A stretch of 64,000 nucleotides of DNA from Candidatus Lustribacter sp. Its GTDB lineage: Bacteria; Vulcanimicrobiota; Vulcanimicrobiia; Vulcanimicrobiales; Vulcanimicrobiaceae. How positions within the stretch are numbered: the stretch's first letter is position 1; the number at the start of each line of letters is the position of its first letter. The position numbers and the translations under genes were made by a program. Positions 19,221-28,914 of the stretch are shown here, piece after piece. The notes under the pieces were generated by a model that did not search any database, was not told the origin of the DNA, and saw only the letters and a program-made list of their open reading frames with translations. The stretch spans positions 4,992,001-5,056,000 of the forward strand of contig OZ255842.1 in the NCBI GenBank assembly GCA_965277805.1, written 5' to 3'.

Positions 19221-20395
19221 ACGGCGGCGGCGGAAACCGGGACGCGCGGCGTCGGTTTGCGGCCGTCCTGTGCGACTTGCGCGATCAGTTCGGCGATGCG
19301 GCGTGATGAACCGCGCGGGGCGATGCCGGTCAGTTGCGCGCGCATCGTGGCGAGGCGTTCGCTGTTCTCGACGATACGTTTCACCGATTGGACGACTTCG
19401 GCGGTCGTCAGCGCCACGACACCGATGCCGTTGGTGCGCACCCAATCGAGATTGCCGCGTTCTTGGCCCGGCACGTAATCGTAGACCACGACCGGCACTT
19501 CGGCGACGCTGGCTTCGGCGAGCGTGCCCGGTCCGGCTTTGGTGACCAGCAGATCGGCGGCGCGCATCAGTTCGGGAACGTCGTTGCGGAAGCCGAGCAC
19601 GGTGATCGGCGTCGGCAGCGTGGGCGCGAGTTCTTCGAGCTTTGCTTTGAGCGCGGCGTTGCGGCCGGTGACGACGACGAGATGGAACGGCAAGTTCGTC
19701 TTCGCGAGCGCCAGCGTGGTCGGCAGCAGTTTTCCGCCGCCTTCGCCGCCGGCCATCAGCAGCGCGATCGTTTGTTCTTGCGGCAAACCGAGTTTGCTGC
19801 GGATCTCGCTCTTGGTGGCCGATACGTCTTCGAATTTCGGATGGATCGGATGACCGATCAGGCGCAAGCGGCTCGGCGGCACGCCCCGTTCGATCGCGCG
19901 GTTGTACACTTCGCGCGCCGGCACGATGGTGAGATCGGCCTCGGGCAAGAGCCAGCCTTCGTGCACGCGTCCGAGATCGGTGATCACGGTGACGATCGGC
20001 ACGTGATCCATGCCGGCGTCGGCCCGGGCGCGCAAGGCCGCGTGGTTGAGCAGCGGATGGACCGAGACGATGACGTCGGGATTGTACTGGGTGAAGACGT
20101 CCTTGAGCCGTTCGCGGTAGAGCGGTTCGCAGAAGCGCACGATCGTGCGGTAGCGGCGGCGTCCGTTGGTCGCGTGGTAGAGCGCGCCGTAGATCGGCGG
20201 GGCAAAGCGGAGGGCCGCGCTGTAGGCCGGCCCCAGTTTGGAGAGTGGGAACGTGCAGTGGGCAGCGATGTCGTCGATGCGCCACTCGAGCCGCGTCCCC
20301 TTATCGATCTCATCCAGCGCGGCACCGATGGCCATCGCTCCGGCGCGATGCCCGCCGCCGGTATCTGAGATGAGGAAGAGGACGCGTTTGGTCAT
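19217..20395 (-). CDS. MGDG synthase/UgtP-like diacylglycerol glycosyltransferase (GT28)
   Basis: SDTGGGH, VSVHPL, TVITD, MAGGEG, LVTKAGPGT..EA, PGQE.GN. Confidence 0.9.
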   Translation of the reverse strand: MTKRVLFLISDTGGGHRAGAMAIGAALDEIDKGTRLEWRIDDIAAHCTFPLSKLGPAYSAALRFAPPIYGALYHATNGRRRYRTIVRFCEPLYRERLKDVFTQYNPDVIVSVHPLLNHAALRARADAGMDHVPIVTVITDLGRVHEGWLLPEADLTIVPAREVYNRAIERGVPPSRLRLIGHPIHPKFEDVSATKSEIRSKLGLPQEQTIALLMAGGEGGGKLLPTTLALAKTNLPFHLVVVTGRNAALKAKLEELAPTLPTPITVLGFRNDVPELMRAADLLVTKAGPGTLAEASVAEVPVVVYDYVPGQERGNLDWVRTNGIGVVALTTAEVVQSVKRIVENSERLATMRAQLTGIAPRGSSRRIAELIAQVAQDGRKPTPRVPVSAAAV

Positions 20396-20997
20396 CCGGT
20401 GGGTGACTTTCGTTGCTTCAAGGCGCGCAGGGCGGCGGCACTCTGGCGATTGCGGGTTCGCATCACGCGCAGTGCCACAGCGCGACGGCGCCGAGGCGAG
20501 ATCGCGCGAAGCCACGCGATCGTAGAACGAGCCGGCAGGTCATAGAAACGGAAAATGTCGCCGAACTCGATCTCAGGGTTTACGTGGTGACCGTTATGGT
20601 CCTCCGGCAGCACGAGGCCGCTCACCCGGGCAACGCGGACGAGCCACGCCGGGCTCCTCCAGCCCAGCTCCGACGTATGTCGCCACCAAACGTGCAGTTG
20701 TCCCAGCACGAGCCCGACGGCCGCGCCGGCCACCGATATCTGCGTGCACAGAATCGCGATCGCGATATACGGCAGCGCGCCGAGGAGACCGTCGAGCAGC
20801 ACTTCCGGGCTGCGCGAAAGCACCGCGTGATCCCAGTACGAACGCTTGCGATCGTGATGCGTCCGCAGGTGCAATTTGCCCCACATATGCTGCGGAACGT
20901 GATAGAAGAAGGTGGAAGCGAAATCTCCAACCACGAGGACGATGAGCGTCGCCACAATTCCTGATATCAGCGGCGAGCCCAGCACGATCGAATTCAC
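20392..20997 (-). CDS. Fatty acid hydroxylase/sterol desaturase family membrane protein
   Basis: His boxes YHVPQH, HLRTHH, HVWWRH, HNGHH with TM segments. Confidence 0.8.
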   Translation of the reverse strand: MNSIVLGSPLISGIVATLIVLVVGDFASTFFYHVPQHMWGKLHLRTHHDRKRSYWDHAVLSRSPEVLLDGLLGALPYIAIAILCTQISVAGAAVGLVLGQLHVWWRHTSELGWRSPAWLVRVARVSGLVLPEDHNGHHVNPEIEFGDIFRFYDLPARSTIAWLRAISPRRRRAVALRVMRTRNRQSAAALRALKQRKSPTG

Positions 20998-21035
20998 GCG
21001 TTTCCTTCGTTTGACGTACGGCCGTTAACGGAGCG

Positions 21036-21680
21036 TTGGGTTTGCGCGCACGAAAACCTCTCCGGGCAACCCTGCTAGCGGCCTCCATGGTGTTCAACCC
21101 CGGCATGGTCCGGATCGACGTTCTGCGCGACGCCGCGCTGTCGTGGCATATACCCGTCCCGGCACCCCTCACGCGCGGTGCCCGGATGTATATGGATGCC
21201 CCGGTCCGGAGCGGCCAGTTGAGCGCCACGGTGCGGAGCATCATGCGCACGAACCCGCGCCTGTCGGCCTTCGACGCCCTGCTTCTCGCCGACCGTACCT
21301 TGCGTGCGGCGGCCGTGAACGGCCTCGACCCCGGCTTCCTGGCAGCGACGCTCCTTCAGGAGTCGGCCTACAATCCGGACGCACTCTCGTGGGCCGGCGC
21401 CGTGGGCATCGGCCAGTTCATGGTCGACACGGCCGACGGCTACGGCATCGACCCGTTCGACCCCGAGCCCGCCATCGATGCCACCGCCCGGCTGCTCGGC
21501 GCCTACGTGGCCCGCTATCGTGCGCTCGGCGCCGCCGACCCGTTTGCGCTGGCCCTGGCCGCCTACAACGCGGGGCCGGCTGCGGTGGAACGCTACGGCG
21601 GGATCCCGCCGTACGCTGAAACGATCGAATACATCAGCGATATCCGCGAACGCTGGTCCCGGATCGTGCGCGACCGCTGA
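21036..21680 (+). CDS. Lytic transglycosylase (SLT domain)
   Basis: QESAYNP.A.S.AGA.G..QFM..T, ALAAYNAG, GGIPPYAET..Y. Start uncertain. Confidence 0.88.
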   Translation: MGLRARKPLRATLLAASMVFNPGMVRIDVLRDAALSWHIPVPAPLTRGARMYMDAPVRSGQLSATVRSIMRTNPRLSAFDALLLADRTLRAAAVNGLDPGFLAATLLQESAYNPDALSWAGAVGIGQFMVDTADGYGIDPFDPEPAIDATARLLGAYVARYRALGAADPFALALAAYNAGPAAVERYGGIPPYAETIEYISDIRERWSRIVRDR

Positions 21681-21770
21681 GGCGCTTGGTTTAGGGGCTG
21701 GACCGGAGGGTACGGCCCGAGTGCGATGCTTGAAAACATTCCTTCGGACCGCGGGGTTCGGTACGGCATA

Positions 21771-22775
21771 ATGGGTCCCACGAATCCCGTTGCCGGCGCG
21801 GGGAGATTTGCGCTCCACCGCGATCCGCATCCGGCGCGGGTGGCAACGTTTGCGGAAGACGTGGGACGCGGTTTGAGCATGCGCCCGTACACGCTGATGC
21901 CCAAGTATTTTTATGACGACTTGGGCTCGGCGCTGTTCGAAGCGATCACCTATTTGCCCGAGTACTACCTCACGCGCGTCGAGCGCGATCTGCTCGCGAC
22001 GTACGGCACGCAGATCGTAGGGGCATTCGACGAACCGCTCGAGCTGGTCGAACTCGGCAGCGGCAGCGCGACGAAGACGCGCTTGATCATCGATGCAATT
22101 CTCGAGCGTCAGAATACGCTGACATATCATCCGATCGACATCTCGCCCGACGCGCTGATCGAATCTTCGCAAGCGCTCGTGGCGAAGCTCGAGGCGCTGC
22201 ACGTGCGCGCCTATGCCGGCGACTACTTCACGCTGTTGCGCGCGAAGCGCATCGAGACGCGCGAGCGCGTGCTGGCCCTTTATCTCGGGTCGAACATCGG
22301 CAATTTCGAACCGGCGCAGGCGCGCGAACTCTTCGGGTTGCTCAGCGAGATGCTGGCGCCGGGCGACGGGCTCTTGATCGGCTACGATCTGAAAAAAGAA
22401 GCGTCGATTCTGGAACTGGCGTACAACGATCCGACCGGTGTGACGGCGGCCTTCAACAAGAATTTGCTGGCACGCATCAACCGCGAACTGGGCGGCGACT
22501 TCAACCTGGACGACTTTACGTTCTTCGCCCGTTACGACGACCGCGACGGTGTCGTGCGCTCGTTCTTGCGTGCCGAGCGCGCGCTGACCGCGCACATCCC
22601 CGGAGCCGGCATCACGGCGGAATTCGACGCCGGCGAAACGATCCACATGGAATCGTCGTACAAGTTCCAACGCGAAGAAATGATCGCTCTCGTGATGCCC
22701 TTCGGCTTCACCGAACGCCGCACGTTCAGCGACACCGCCGGCCGCTACGCCCTCTCGCTCTTAATCCGCACCTAG
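21771..22775 (+). CDS. egtD: L-histidine N-alpha-methyltransferase
   Basis: PKYFYDD.GS.LFEAIT.LPEYY.TR.E, VELGSGS..KT, LGSNIGN, AYND..GVTAAFNKN.L, IH.E.SYK. Confidence 0.92.
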   Translation: MGPTNPVAGAGRFALHRDPHPARVATFAEDVGRGLSMRPYTLMPKYFYDDLGSALFEAITYLPEYYLTRVERDLLATYGTQIVGAFDEPLELVELGSGSATKTRLIIDAILERQNTLTYHPIDISPDALIESSQALVAKLEALHVRAYAGDYFTLLRAKRIETRERVLALYLGSNIGNFEPAQARELFGLLSEMLAPGDGLLIGYDLKKEASILELAYNDPTGVTAAFNKNLLARINRELGGDFNLDDFTFFARYDDRDGVVRSFLRAERALTAHIPGAGITAEFDAGETIHMESSYKFQREEMIALVMPFGFTERRTFSDTAGRYALSLLIRT

Positions 22776-22825
22776 CCTCAGGTGGCAGTTGTCACGCTGC
22801 CGGCACTCATTTGTCATTTGTGATT

Positions 22826-23029
22826 TGTCATTCCGAGTGGAGCGCCGAAGGCGCGCAATCGAGGAACGCGCCACCATCCGAGCTATTGAGTGTGACCGCG
22901 AAGGCGGGAGCAGTGGTGACAAACAACGGTACAAATGATCCACTGCTCCCGCCTTCGCGGTCGCACTCTACATATGAGGTTGCTCTCCGGTTCCTCGTCG
23001 ACGCGCCTCCGGCGCTGCTCGGAATGACA
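22826..23029. repeat. Nested REP-like inverted-repeat element
   Basis: Outer arms 22826-22867 and 22990-23029 (TGTCATTCCGAG...CTCGGAATGACA); inner arms 22888-22916 and 22940-22968 match at 28 of 29 positions. Confidence 0.85.
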
Positions 23030-23399
23030 TGAGGTGCGCTAGAACTGTTGCGCGCGGGTGGCGTGATAGCGTGCCGGGGTCGATGCGTTCGCGTGATGCT
23101 GTTGGACGTACGTAGACGAAAGCAAGCACGGCGCCCGTAGCGTCGTGCGCTTCAACAGTGACCCGTTTGTAATCGACGTCTTCCCACGCGTCCGCCAACG
23201 TGAGTTGCTGCTCATCGAGCGTGATGATGTCGCCGGCAACTGTTTCGCCGGGCGCACGAAGGATCGTGAAGTATCCCGTCTCGGCCACGACGGCGAGCCA
23301 GCCATCCAAGGTCGCGGGGCGCATTGGGACTTCGTGGCCGAACAGTTCGCGTTGGTACTCCCGGTCGCGCAGCGTTCCGTAGACGAACAGCTCGGTCAC
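22968..23399 (-). CDS. Gamma-glutamylcyclotransferase (AIG2-like)
   Basis: LFVYGTLR and LADAWE..DY; GTGA overlap with the permease. The 3' end runs into the repeat. Confidence 0.8.
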   Translation of the reverse strand: MTELFVYGTLRDREYQRELFGHEVPMRPATLDGWLAVVAETGYFTILRAPGETVAGDIITLDEQQLTLADAWEDVDYKRVTVEAHDATGAVLAFVYVRPTASRERIDPGTLSRHPRATVLAHLMSFRAAPEARRRGTGEQPHM

Positions 23400-24010
23400 G
23401 CTCGCGCGGTCCACCGTTCGGCGGCGCGCAGGATGCCGTCGGCGATGAGGGCGAGGACGACGGCGGCGAGGCTACCGGCGACGATTTTGTCGGGATCGTC
23501 TTGGTGCAGGCCTTCGAAGACCAGCGCGCCGAGGCCGCCGGCGTCGATCCATGCAGCCACCGTCGCGATCCCGATCAGCGAGACCGTCGCGATGCGGATG
23601 CCGCCGACGATCGCCGGCAGCGCGAGCGGGATCTCGACGCGCATGAGCCGGCCGAAGGGCGTGAAGCCGAGACCGTCGGCGGCGTCGAGCGCGGCCGGCG
23701 AAACGCCGCGCAAGCCTTCGGCCACATTGCGCACCAAGATCATCTGCGCGTAGGCGACCAGCGCGACGATCGCGGTCGGCGTGCCGAGGCCGAAGATCGC
23801 CACCAAGATCCCGAGCAGCGCGAGGCTCGGAATCGTGTAGATCACGTTGAGGATGCCGAGCGTGATCGCGCCGGCGCGCGGACGGCGCGCGGCCAGCACG
23901 CCGAGCGGAAACGCGATCGCGAGCGCAATCGCGAGCGAGACGAACGTCAACAGCAGATGTTCGCCGAACCGCGCGGCAACGATGTCGGGATGGCGGAAGA
24001 TGTAGCTCAT
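23396..24010 (-). CDS. Osmoprotectant-type ABC transporter permease
   Basis: YTIPSLAL, EAA-like DAADGLG, EIPLALPAIVGGIR, AGGLG. Confidence 0.92.
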   Translation of the reverse strand: MSYIFRHPDIVAARFGEHLLLTFVSLAIALAIAFPLGVLAARRPRAGAITLGILNVIYTIPSLALLGILVAIFGLGTPTAIVALVAYAQMILVRNVAEGLRGVSPAALDAADGLGFTPFGRLMRVEIPLALPAIVGGIRIATVSLIGIATVAAWIDAGGLGALVFEGLHQDDPDKIVAGSLAAVVLALIADGILRAAERWTARA

Positions 24011-24828
24011 CGCGGTTCGTGATCGAGCAGCGGTCGCGCGACCGCGAACTCGCGGCTCTCCGCATCGATGCCGACCAGCGAGCGCACCGTGTCGTTTGCC
24101 GGCGCCGCAAGCACACGCGCGGGCGTGTCAGCCTGGGCGATGTCGCCCCCGGCGATCACCACCACGCGGTCGGCCAGACGCAACGCTTCATCGACGTCGT
24201 GCGTGACGAAGACGATCGTCGTGCCGAGGTCGCGGTGAATGCGCCGGATCTCGTCTTGCAGCGACGCGCGCACGATCGCGTCGACGGCCCCGAACGGCTC
24301 GTCCATCAGCAGCACGTGCGGCTCCGCGGCCAGCGCGCGTGCCACGCCGGCGCGCTGCTGCTCGCCGCCTGAGAGTTGGCGCGGATAGCGGTCGCGATAC
24401 GTGGCGGGCTCGAGGCGCACGAGCGCGAGCAACTCATCGACGCGCCGCGCGATGCGCGCGCGATCCCAGCCCAACAGCTCGGGCACGACGCCGACGTTGG
24501 TGCCGATCGTCAAGTGCGGGAACAGGCCCACCGCCTGAATCACGTAGCCGATGCCGCGGCGCAGCGTCACCGCGTCGAGCGTGCGCACGTCGACGCCGTC
24601 GATCAGCACGGTTCCGCTCGTCGGTTCGATCAAGCGATTGATCGTGCGCAAGAGCGTGCTCTTCCCCGAACCCGAGGGTCCGAGGAATACCGCGAACTCG
24701 CCCGCCGCGATGTCGAGGTCGACGTCGCGCACCGCAATCGAACCGCCGGGGTACGTGACGCCGACGCCGCGCAGTTCGATCCGCGCGCCTCCCGTAGGGG
24801 AGAGGCTGCTAGAGGCTGACGAGGCCAT
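24007..24828 (-). CDS. Osmoprotectant-type ABC transporter ATP-binding protein
   Basis: GPSGSGKS, LSGGEQQR, LLMDEPF, FVTHD; no CBS domains. Confidence 0.93.
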   Translation of the reverse strand: MASSASSSLSPTGGARIELRGVGVTYPGGSIAVRDVDLDIAAGEFAVFLGPSGSGKSTLLRTINRLIEPTSGTVLIDGVDVRTLDAVTLRRGIGYVIQAVGLFPHLTIGTNVGVVPELLGWDRARIARRVDELLALVRLEPATYRDRYPRQLSGGEQQRAGVARALAAEPHVLLMDEPFGAVDAIVRASLQDEIRRIHRDLGTTIVFVTHDVDEALRLADRVVVIAGGDIAQADTPARVLAAPANDTVRSLVGIDAESREFAVARPLLDHEPR

Positions 24829-25699
24829 GCGCCTTGATGAAATCGCGCGCGACGTCGGCCGGCTCGCGCTTCTGCGTTCCGTCGATCTCGTTGTTGAGCG
24901 TGCGCATCACGGTGTCGGTCAGCAGCGGCGCGACGCGGTTGAGGATGCCGGCGAGTTCCGGCCGCGCCTTGAGCGCGTCCAAGCGAATGACCGGCGCGAC
25001 TTGATAGGGCGGAAAGAGATGCCGGTCGTCGATCATGACGACGAGGTTGTCGGCGACGATCGCGCCGTCGGTGCCGAACGCCACGACGATGTCGACGTCG
25101 CCGTCGAGCAGCGCCTTATACTTCAGCCCGAAATCGACCAGGCTGATCTTCTGGAAGTTGAAGCCGCCGTACGCGCGCTGCAGGCCGGGCAGTCCGTCGC
25201 TGCGCTTGACGAACTCGGGCACCGCGCCGAGGCGCAGTTGCGGCGCCTTCTTCGCAACGTCGCTGAGCGTGCGCAAACCGTAGCGCGCGGCGAGCGCGCG
25301 CGTGGTCGCCAGCGCTTGCGTGTTGTTCATCGGCGCCGGATCGAGCCACGTGGCGCCGTACAGCCGTTCGTACTCGCTCTTGACGTAGTCGAACGTCTGC
25401 ACGGCGTCGCCTTGCGGTTGCGCTTTGAGGACGACCAGCAGGGCCGTTCCGGTGTACTCCGGATAGAGATCGATCTCACCGCGCCTCAGCGCGGCCATCG
25501 CGATGTCGGTGCCGCCGAGATCGAGCCGGCGGCGCACGGCGTGATTGTTGTCCTCGATGAGTTGCGCGTAGAGTTCGCCGAGCAACAGCGCTTCGGTGAA
25601 GTTTTTCGAGCCGATGGCGACGGCATCGTGGTGCATCCCGCACGCGGGCAATGCGAGGCCGGCGGCGAGCAGTCCGAGCGCGTGGGCGCGGGTCGACAC
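24809..25699 (-). CDS. Glycine-betaine/osmoprotectant-type ABC substrate-binding lipoprotein
   Basis: Lipobox LPAC, GSKNFTE, YPEYTGT, NNT.AL, DD..LFPPY. Confidence 0.92.
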   Translation of the reverse strand: MSTRAHALGLLAAGLALPACGMHHDAVAIGSKNFTEALLLGELYAQLIEDNNHAVRRRLDLGGTDIAMAALRRGEIDLYPEYTGTALLVVLKAQPQGDAVQTFDYVKSEYERLYGATWLDPAPMNNTQALATTRALAARYGLRTLSDVAKKAPQLRLGAVPEFVKRSDGLPGLQRAYGGFNFQKISLVDFGLKYKALLDGDVDIVVAFGTDGAIVADNLVVMIDDRHLFPPYQVAPVIRLDALKARPELAGILNRVAPLLTDTVMRTLNNEIDGTQKREPADVARDFIKAHGLVSL

Positions 25700-26305
25700 T
25701 TAGGCGAGTCCTTTCGGGCGGATACGGCGATCGATGCGGCCGAGGACGGCATCGACGATGAGGGCCAGGAGCGCGACCGAACACGCTCCGAGGAAGAGTT
25801 CGCCCACGTCGTCGGTGGCCAAACCGTCGACGATGAAATCGCCCAGACCGCCGCCGCCGATGAACGAGGCGAGGGTGGCGCTCGCGATGACCTCGATCGA
25901 CGCCGTCCGGAAGCCGGCGAACACCAGCGGCACCGCGAGCGGCCACTCGACCCGGTTGCGGACCTGGCGGCCGGTCATGCCCATGCCGAGCGCGGCGTCG
26001 ATGGCGGCCGGCGGGGCCGACCGCAGGCCGAGCTCGGTATTGATGATGATCGGCGGCAGGCCGAGCGCGATCAGCGCCAGGAGCGCCGGCCGGAAACCCA
26101 GCCCGAGATAGGGCAACGTTAAGGTAAGCACGGCTATACTCGGGACGACGCGGAGCGCGCCGGCCCCGAAGAGGGTCAGGGCGCGAGCGATCGGCCGGCC
26201 GGCGGAAAAGCCCGCCAGCGGAACGCCGATCACGACCGCCGCGATCAGAGCCGAAAGCGAGAGGCCGACGTGCGTACCGAGGTGAGCGAAGAAGGTGGGG
26301 ATCAT
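25700..26305 (-). CDS. Osmoprotectant-type ABC transporter permease
   Basis: VPSIAVL, DAALGMGMT, VEWPLA.P, GGGGLG. Confidence 0.9.
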   Translation of the reverse strand: MIPTFFAHLGTHVGLSLSALIAAVVIGVPLAGFSAGRPIARALTLFGAGALRVVPSIAVLTLTLPYLGLGFRPALLALIALGLPPIIINTELGLRSAPPAAIDAALGMGMTGRQVRNRVEWPLAVPLVFAGFRTASIEVIASATLASFIGGGGLGDFIVDGLATDDVGELFLGACSVALLALIVDAVLGRIDRRIRPKGLA

Positions 26306-26323
26306 CCGCCGAACTCAGGCACG

Positions 26324-28429
26324 ATGATCACCGATTCGGAGGCCGCCGAGCAGGTCCGCCCCGAAGCGCCCGTCTCGCTCGACGACCCTGCGCTCTACAT
26401 CAACCGCGAACTCTCGTGGCTGGCCTTCAACGACCGGGTCCTCGAAGAGGCGCTCGATGCGCGCAACCCGCTGCTCGAGCGGCTCAAGTTCATTGCGATC
26501 TACGGGACCAACCTCGACGAGTTCTTCATGATCCGGGTCGCGGGTCTGAAGCAGCTGATCGAGGCGGAGGTCCACACCCGGTCGGAAGACGGCCTGATGC
26601 CCGAAGAGCAGCTCGAAGCGGTCGCGGCCCGGCTGCGCCCCTCGCTGCGGGTGATGACGAGCTGCCTCGATGAGGATCTGCTGCCGGCGCTGGCCGGGCA
26701 CGGCATCAAGATCGTCGACTACGAACAGCTCGAAACTCCGACGCGCCTCGCGATGGAACAGTACTTCAACGAGCGCGTGTTCCCGGTGCTCACGCCGCTG
26801 GCGATCGATGCCGGCCATCCGTTCCCCTACATCTCGACCTTGTCGCTCTCGCTCGCGGTCGAGCTGCGCGAGCGGCGAACGGGCGGCGACGTCGACTACG
26901 TTGCCCGCGTGAAGGTGCCGCCGAGTCTGCCGCGCTTCGTGCCGATCGACGCGCCGGCCGGTCACCGCTGGTTCGTGCTGGTCGAAGATCTGATCGCGCA
27001 CAACCTGCAGTCGCTCTTCCCCGGCATGACGATCGTCGGCTCGTACGCGTTCCGCGTGACGCGCGATGCCGACCTCGATCTGCAAGAAGATGAAGCCGAC
27101 GATCTGCTGCGCGCGATCGAATCGGAATTGCGCAAACGCCGCTTCGGCGAGCCGGTGCGCCTGGAGTGCGAGAGCGGCATGCCCGAGGGGTTGCGTGCGA
27201 TGCTGCGCGACGCGCTCTCGCTGACCGACTTCGACGTTTACGACATCGACGGCATGATGGCCACCTCGGCGCTGTGGACGCTGGTCGGCATCGACGAACC
27301 GGCGCTGCACGATCCGCCCTTCACGCCGTCGATTCCGCGGCGCCTGCGCGGTGCGACCGATCTCTTCGCGGTGATCCGTGAAGGCGATCTGATGCTGCAC
27401 CATCCCTATCAGTCGTTCGATCCGGTGGTGCAGTTCGTGCGCCAAGCGGCCTCCGATCCCGACGTGCTCGCGATCAAACAAACGCTCTACCGCACGTCGG
27501 GTAATTCACCTGTGGTCGGCGCGCTGATCGACGCCGCCGAAGCGGGCAAACAAGTCGCGACGCTGATCGAACTGAAAGCGCGCTTCGACGAAGAGAACAA
27601 CATCCTGTGGGCTCGTAATCTGGAGCGCGTGGGCGCGCACGTCGTGTACGGCTTGGCCGGACTCAAGACGCACGCCAAGGTCACGCTGGTCGTGCGCAAC
27701 GAGCCCGAAGGCATTCGGCGCTACATGCACTTCGGCACCGGCAACTACAACGACAAGACGGCGAAGCTCTACACCGACTTGAGCCTCTTCACGTGCCGCG
27801 CGGATCTCGGCGCCGACGTCACGCAGCTGTTCAATTCGCTAACGGGCTTTTCGAAAGCCGAGACCTACGAGCGGCTGCTGGTCGCGCCGACCGGTTTGCG
27901 CACCGGCTTCATGAACTTGATCGAGCGCGAAACCGAACACGCGCGCGCCGGGCGGCCCTGCGGCATCACCGCGAAGCTCAACGCCGTCAACGATCAGCGG
28001 ATCGCCGCCGCCCTCTACCGGGCTTCGCAAGCCGGCGTGCCGATCGAATTGGTCGTGCGCGGCATGTGCGTTCTGCGGCCGGGGATTCCCGGTGTGAGCG
28101 AGACGATTCACGTCAGCAGTATCGTTAGCAGCTTCCTCGAGCACTCGCGCATCTTCGTGTTCAACAATGCCGGCGAACGCGAGGTCTACATCGGCAGCGC
28201 CGACTGGATGGGGCGCAATCTCGACCGGCGCGTCGAAACGGTGGTGCCGGTGCTCGATCCGGTGCTGCAAGAAATCATCTGCGATGACATCATCGACGTC
28301 TACGTGCGGGACAACGTGAAGGCGCGCGTGCTGCACGCCGACGGCACCTACGAACTGCGCACACCGCGCGGCGGCGAGCCCCGCATCGACGCCCAGCAGA
28401 TCTTCCTGAGCCGCTACCGCGCGGTCTGA
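26324..28429 (+). CDS. ppk1: Polyphosphate kinase 1
   Basis: YINRELSWLAFN.RVL, NLDEFFMIRVAGL, HPFP, HHPY.SF, LKARFDEENN, KTHAK, GSADWM.RN. Confidence 0.97.
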   Translation: MITDSEAAEQVRPEAPVSLDDPALYINRELSWLAFNDRVLEEALDARNPLLERLKFIAIYGTNLDEFFMIRVAGLKQLIEAEVHTRSEDGLMPEEQLEAVAARLRPSLRVMTSCLDEDLLPALAGHGIKIVDYEQLETPTRLAMEQYFNERVFPVLTPLAIDAGHPFPYISTLSLSLAVELRERRTGGDVDYVARVKVPPSLPRFVPIDAPAGHRWFVLVEDLIAHNLQSLFPGMTIVGSYAFRVTRDADLDLQEDEADDLLRAIESELRKRRFGEPVRLECESGMPEGLRAMLRDALSLTDFDVYDIDGMMATSALWTLVGIDEPALHDPPFTPSIPRRLRGATDLFAVIREGDLMLHHPYQSFDPVVQFVRQAASDPDVLAIKQTLYRTSGNSPVVGALIDAAEAGKQVATLIELKARFDEENNILWARNLERVGAHVVYGLAGLKTHAKVTLVVRNEPEGIRRYMHFGTGNYNDKTAKLYTDLSLFTCRADLGADVTQLFNSLTGFSKAETYERLLVAPTGLRTGFMNLIERETEHARAGRPCGITAKLNAVNDQRIAAALYRASQAGVPIELVVRGMCVLRPGIPGVSETIHVSSIVSSFLEHSRIFVFNNAGEREVYIGSADWMGRNLDRRVETVVPVLDPVLQEIICDDIIDVYVRDNVKARVLHADGTYELRTPRGGEPRIDAQQIFLSRYRAV

Positions 28430-28863
28430 AGGATCGCGTTCCAGTACCGCTCTTCGACCGGCTGGACGCTGAGGCGGCCGCGGCTGAGCAGGGTCATGCC
28501 CTCGAGTTCGGGGCGCTTCCGCAGGTCCTCGAGGGTGATGATGGCGGGGAATTTCTCGACGAAGCCCACGTCGACCATCTTCCATTTCGGACGCTCCGGG
28601 TTGGACGTCGGATCGTAGTAGTCGCTCGTGGGATCGAACTGGGTGAAGTCGGGGTAGGCCTCGCGCAGGACCTTGCAGAGGCCCACGATGCCGGCCGGCT
28701 TGGTACTCGAGTGGTAGAAAAAGCCCAGATCGCCGGTCTTCATGGCGACCATGTTGTTGCGGGCTTGGAAATTTCGCACGCCCGACCACTCGGTCTTGCC
28801 CTCACGCTCGAGGCGGTCGATGCCGTAGGCATCCGGTTCACTCTTGAAGAGCCAGTACTGCAT
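28414..28863 (-). CDS. EVE-domain protein
   Basis: YWLFKSEP, WSGVRNFQARN, GD..FFYHS, RLSVQPV; convergent 16-nt overlap with ppk1. Confidence 0.92.
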   Translation of the reverse strand: MQYWLFKSEPDAYGIDRLEREGKTEWSGVRNFQARNNMVAMKTGDLGFFYHSSTKPAGIVGLCKVLREAYPDFTQFDPTSDYYDPTSNPERPKWKMVDVGFVEKFPAIITLEDLRKRPELEGMTLLSRGRLSVQPVEERYWNAILQTAR

Positions 28864-28914
28864 ACGCGTCCCTTCGGCGCTTCACGCTATCGCTGCCCGC
28901 TAACATTAACGATG

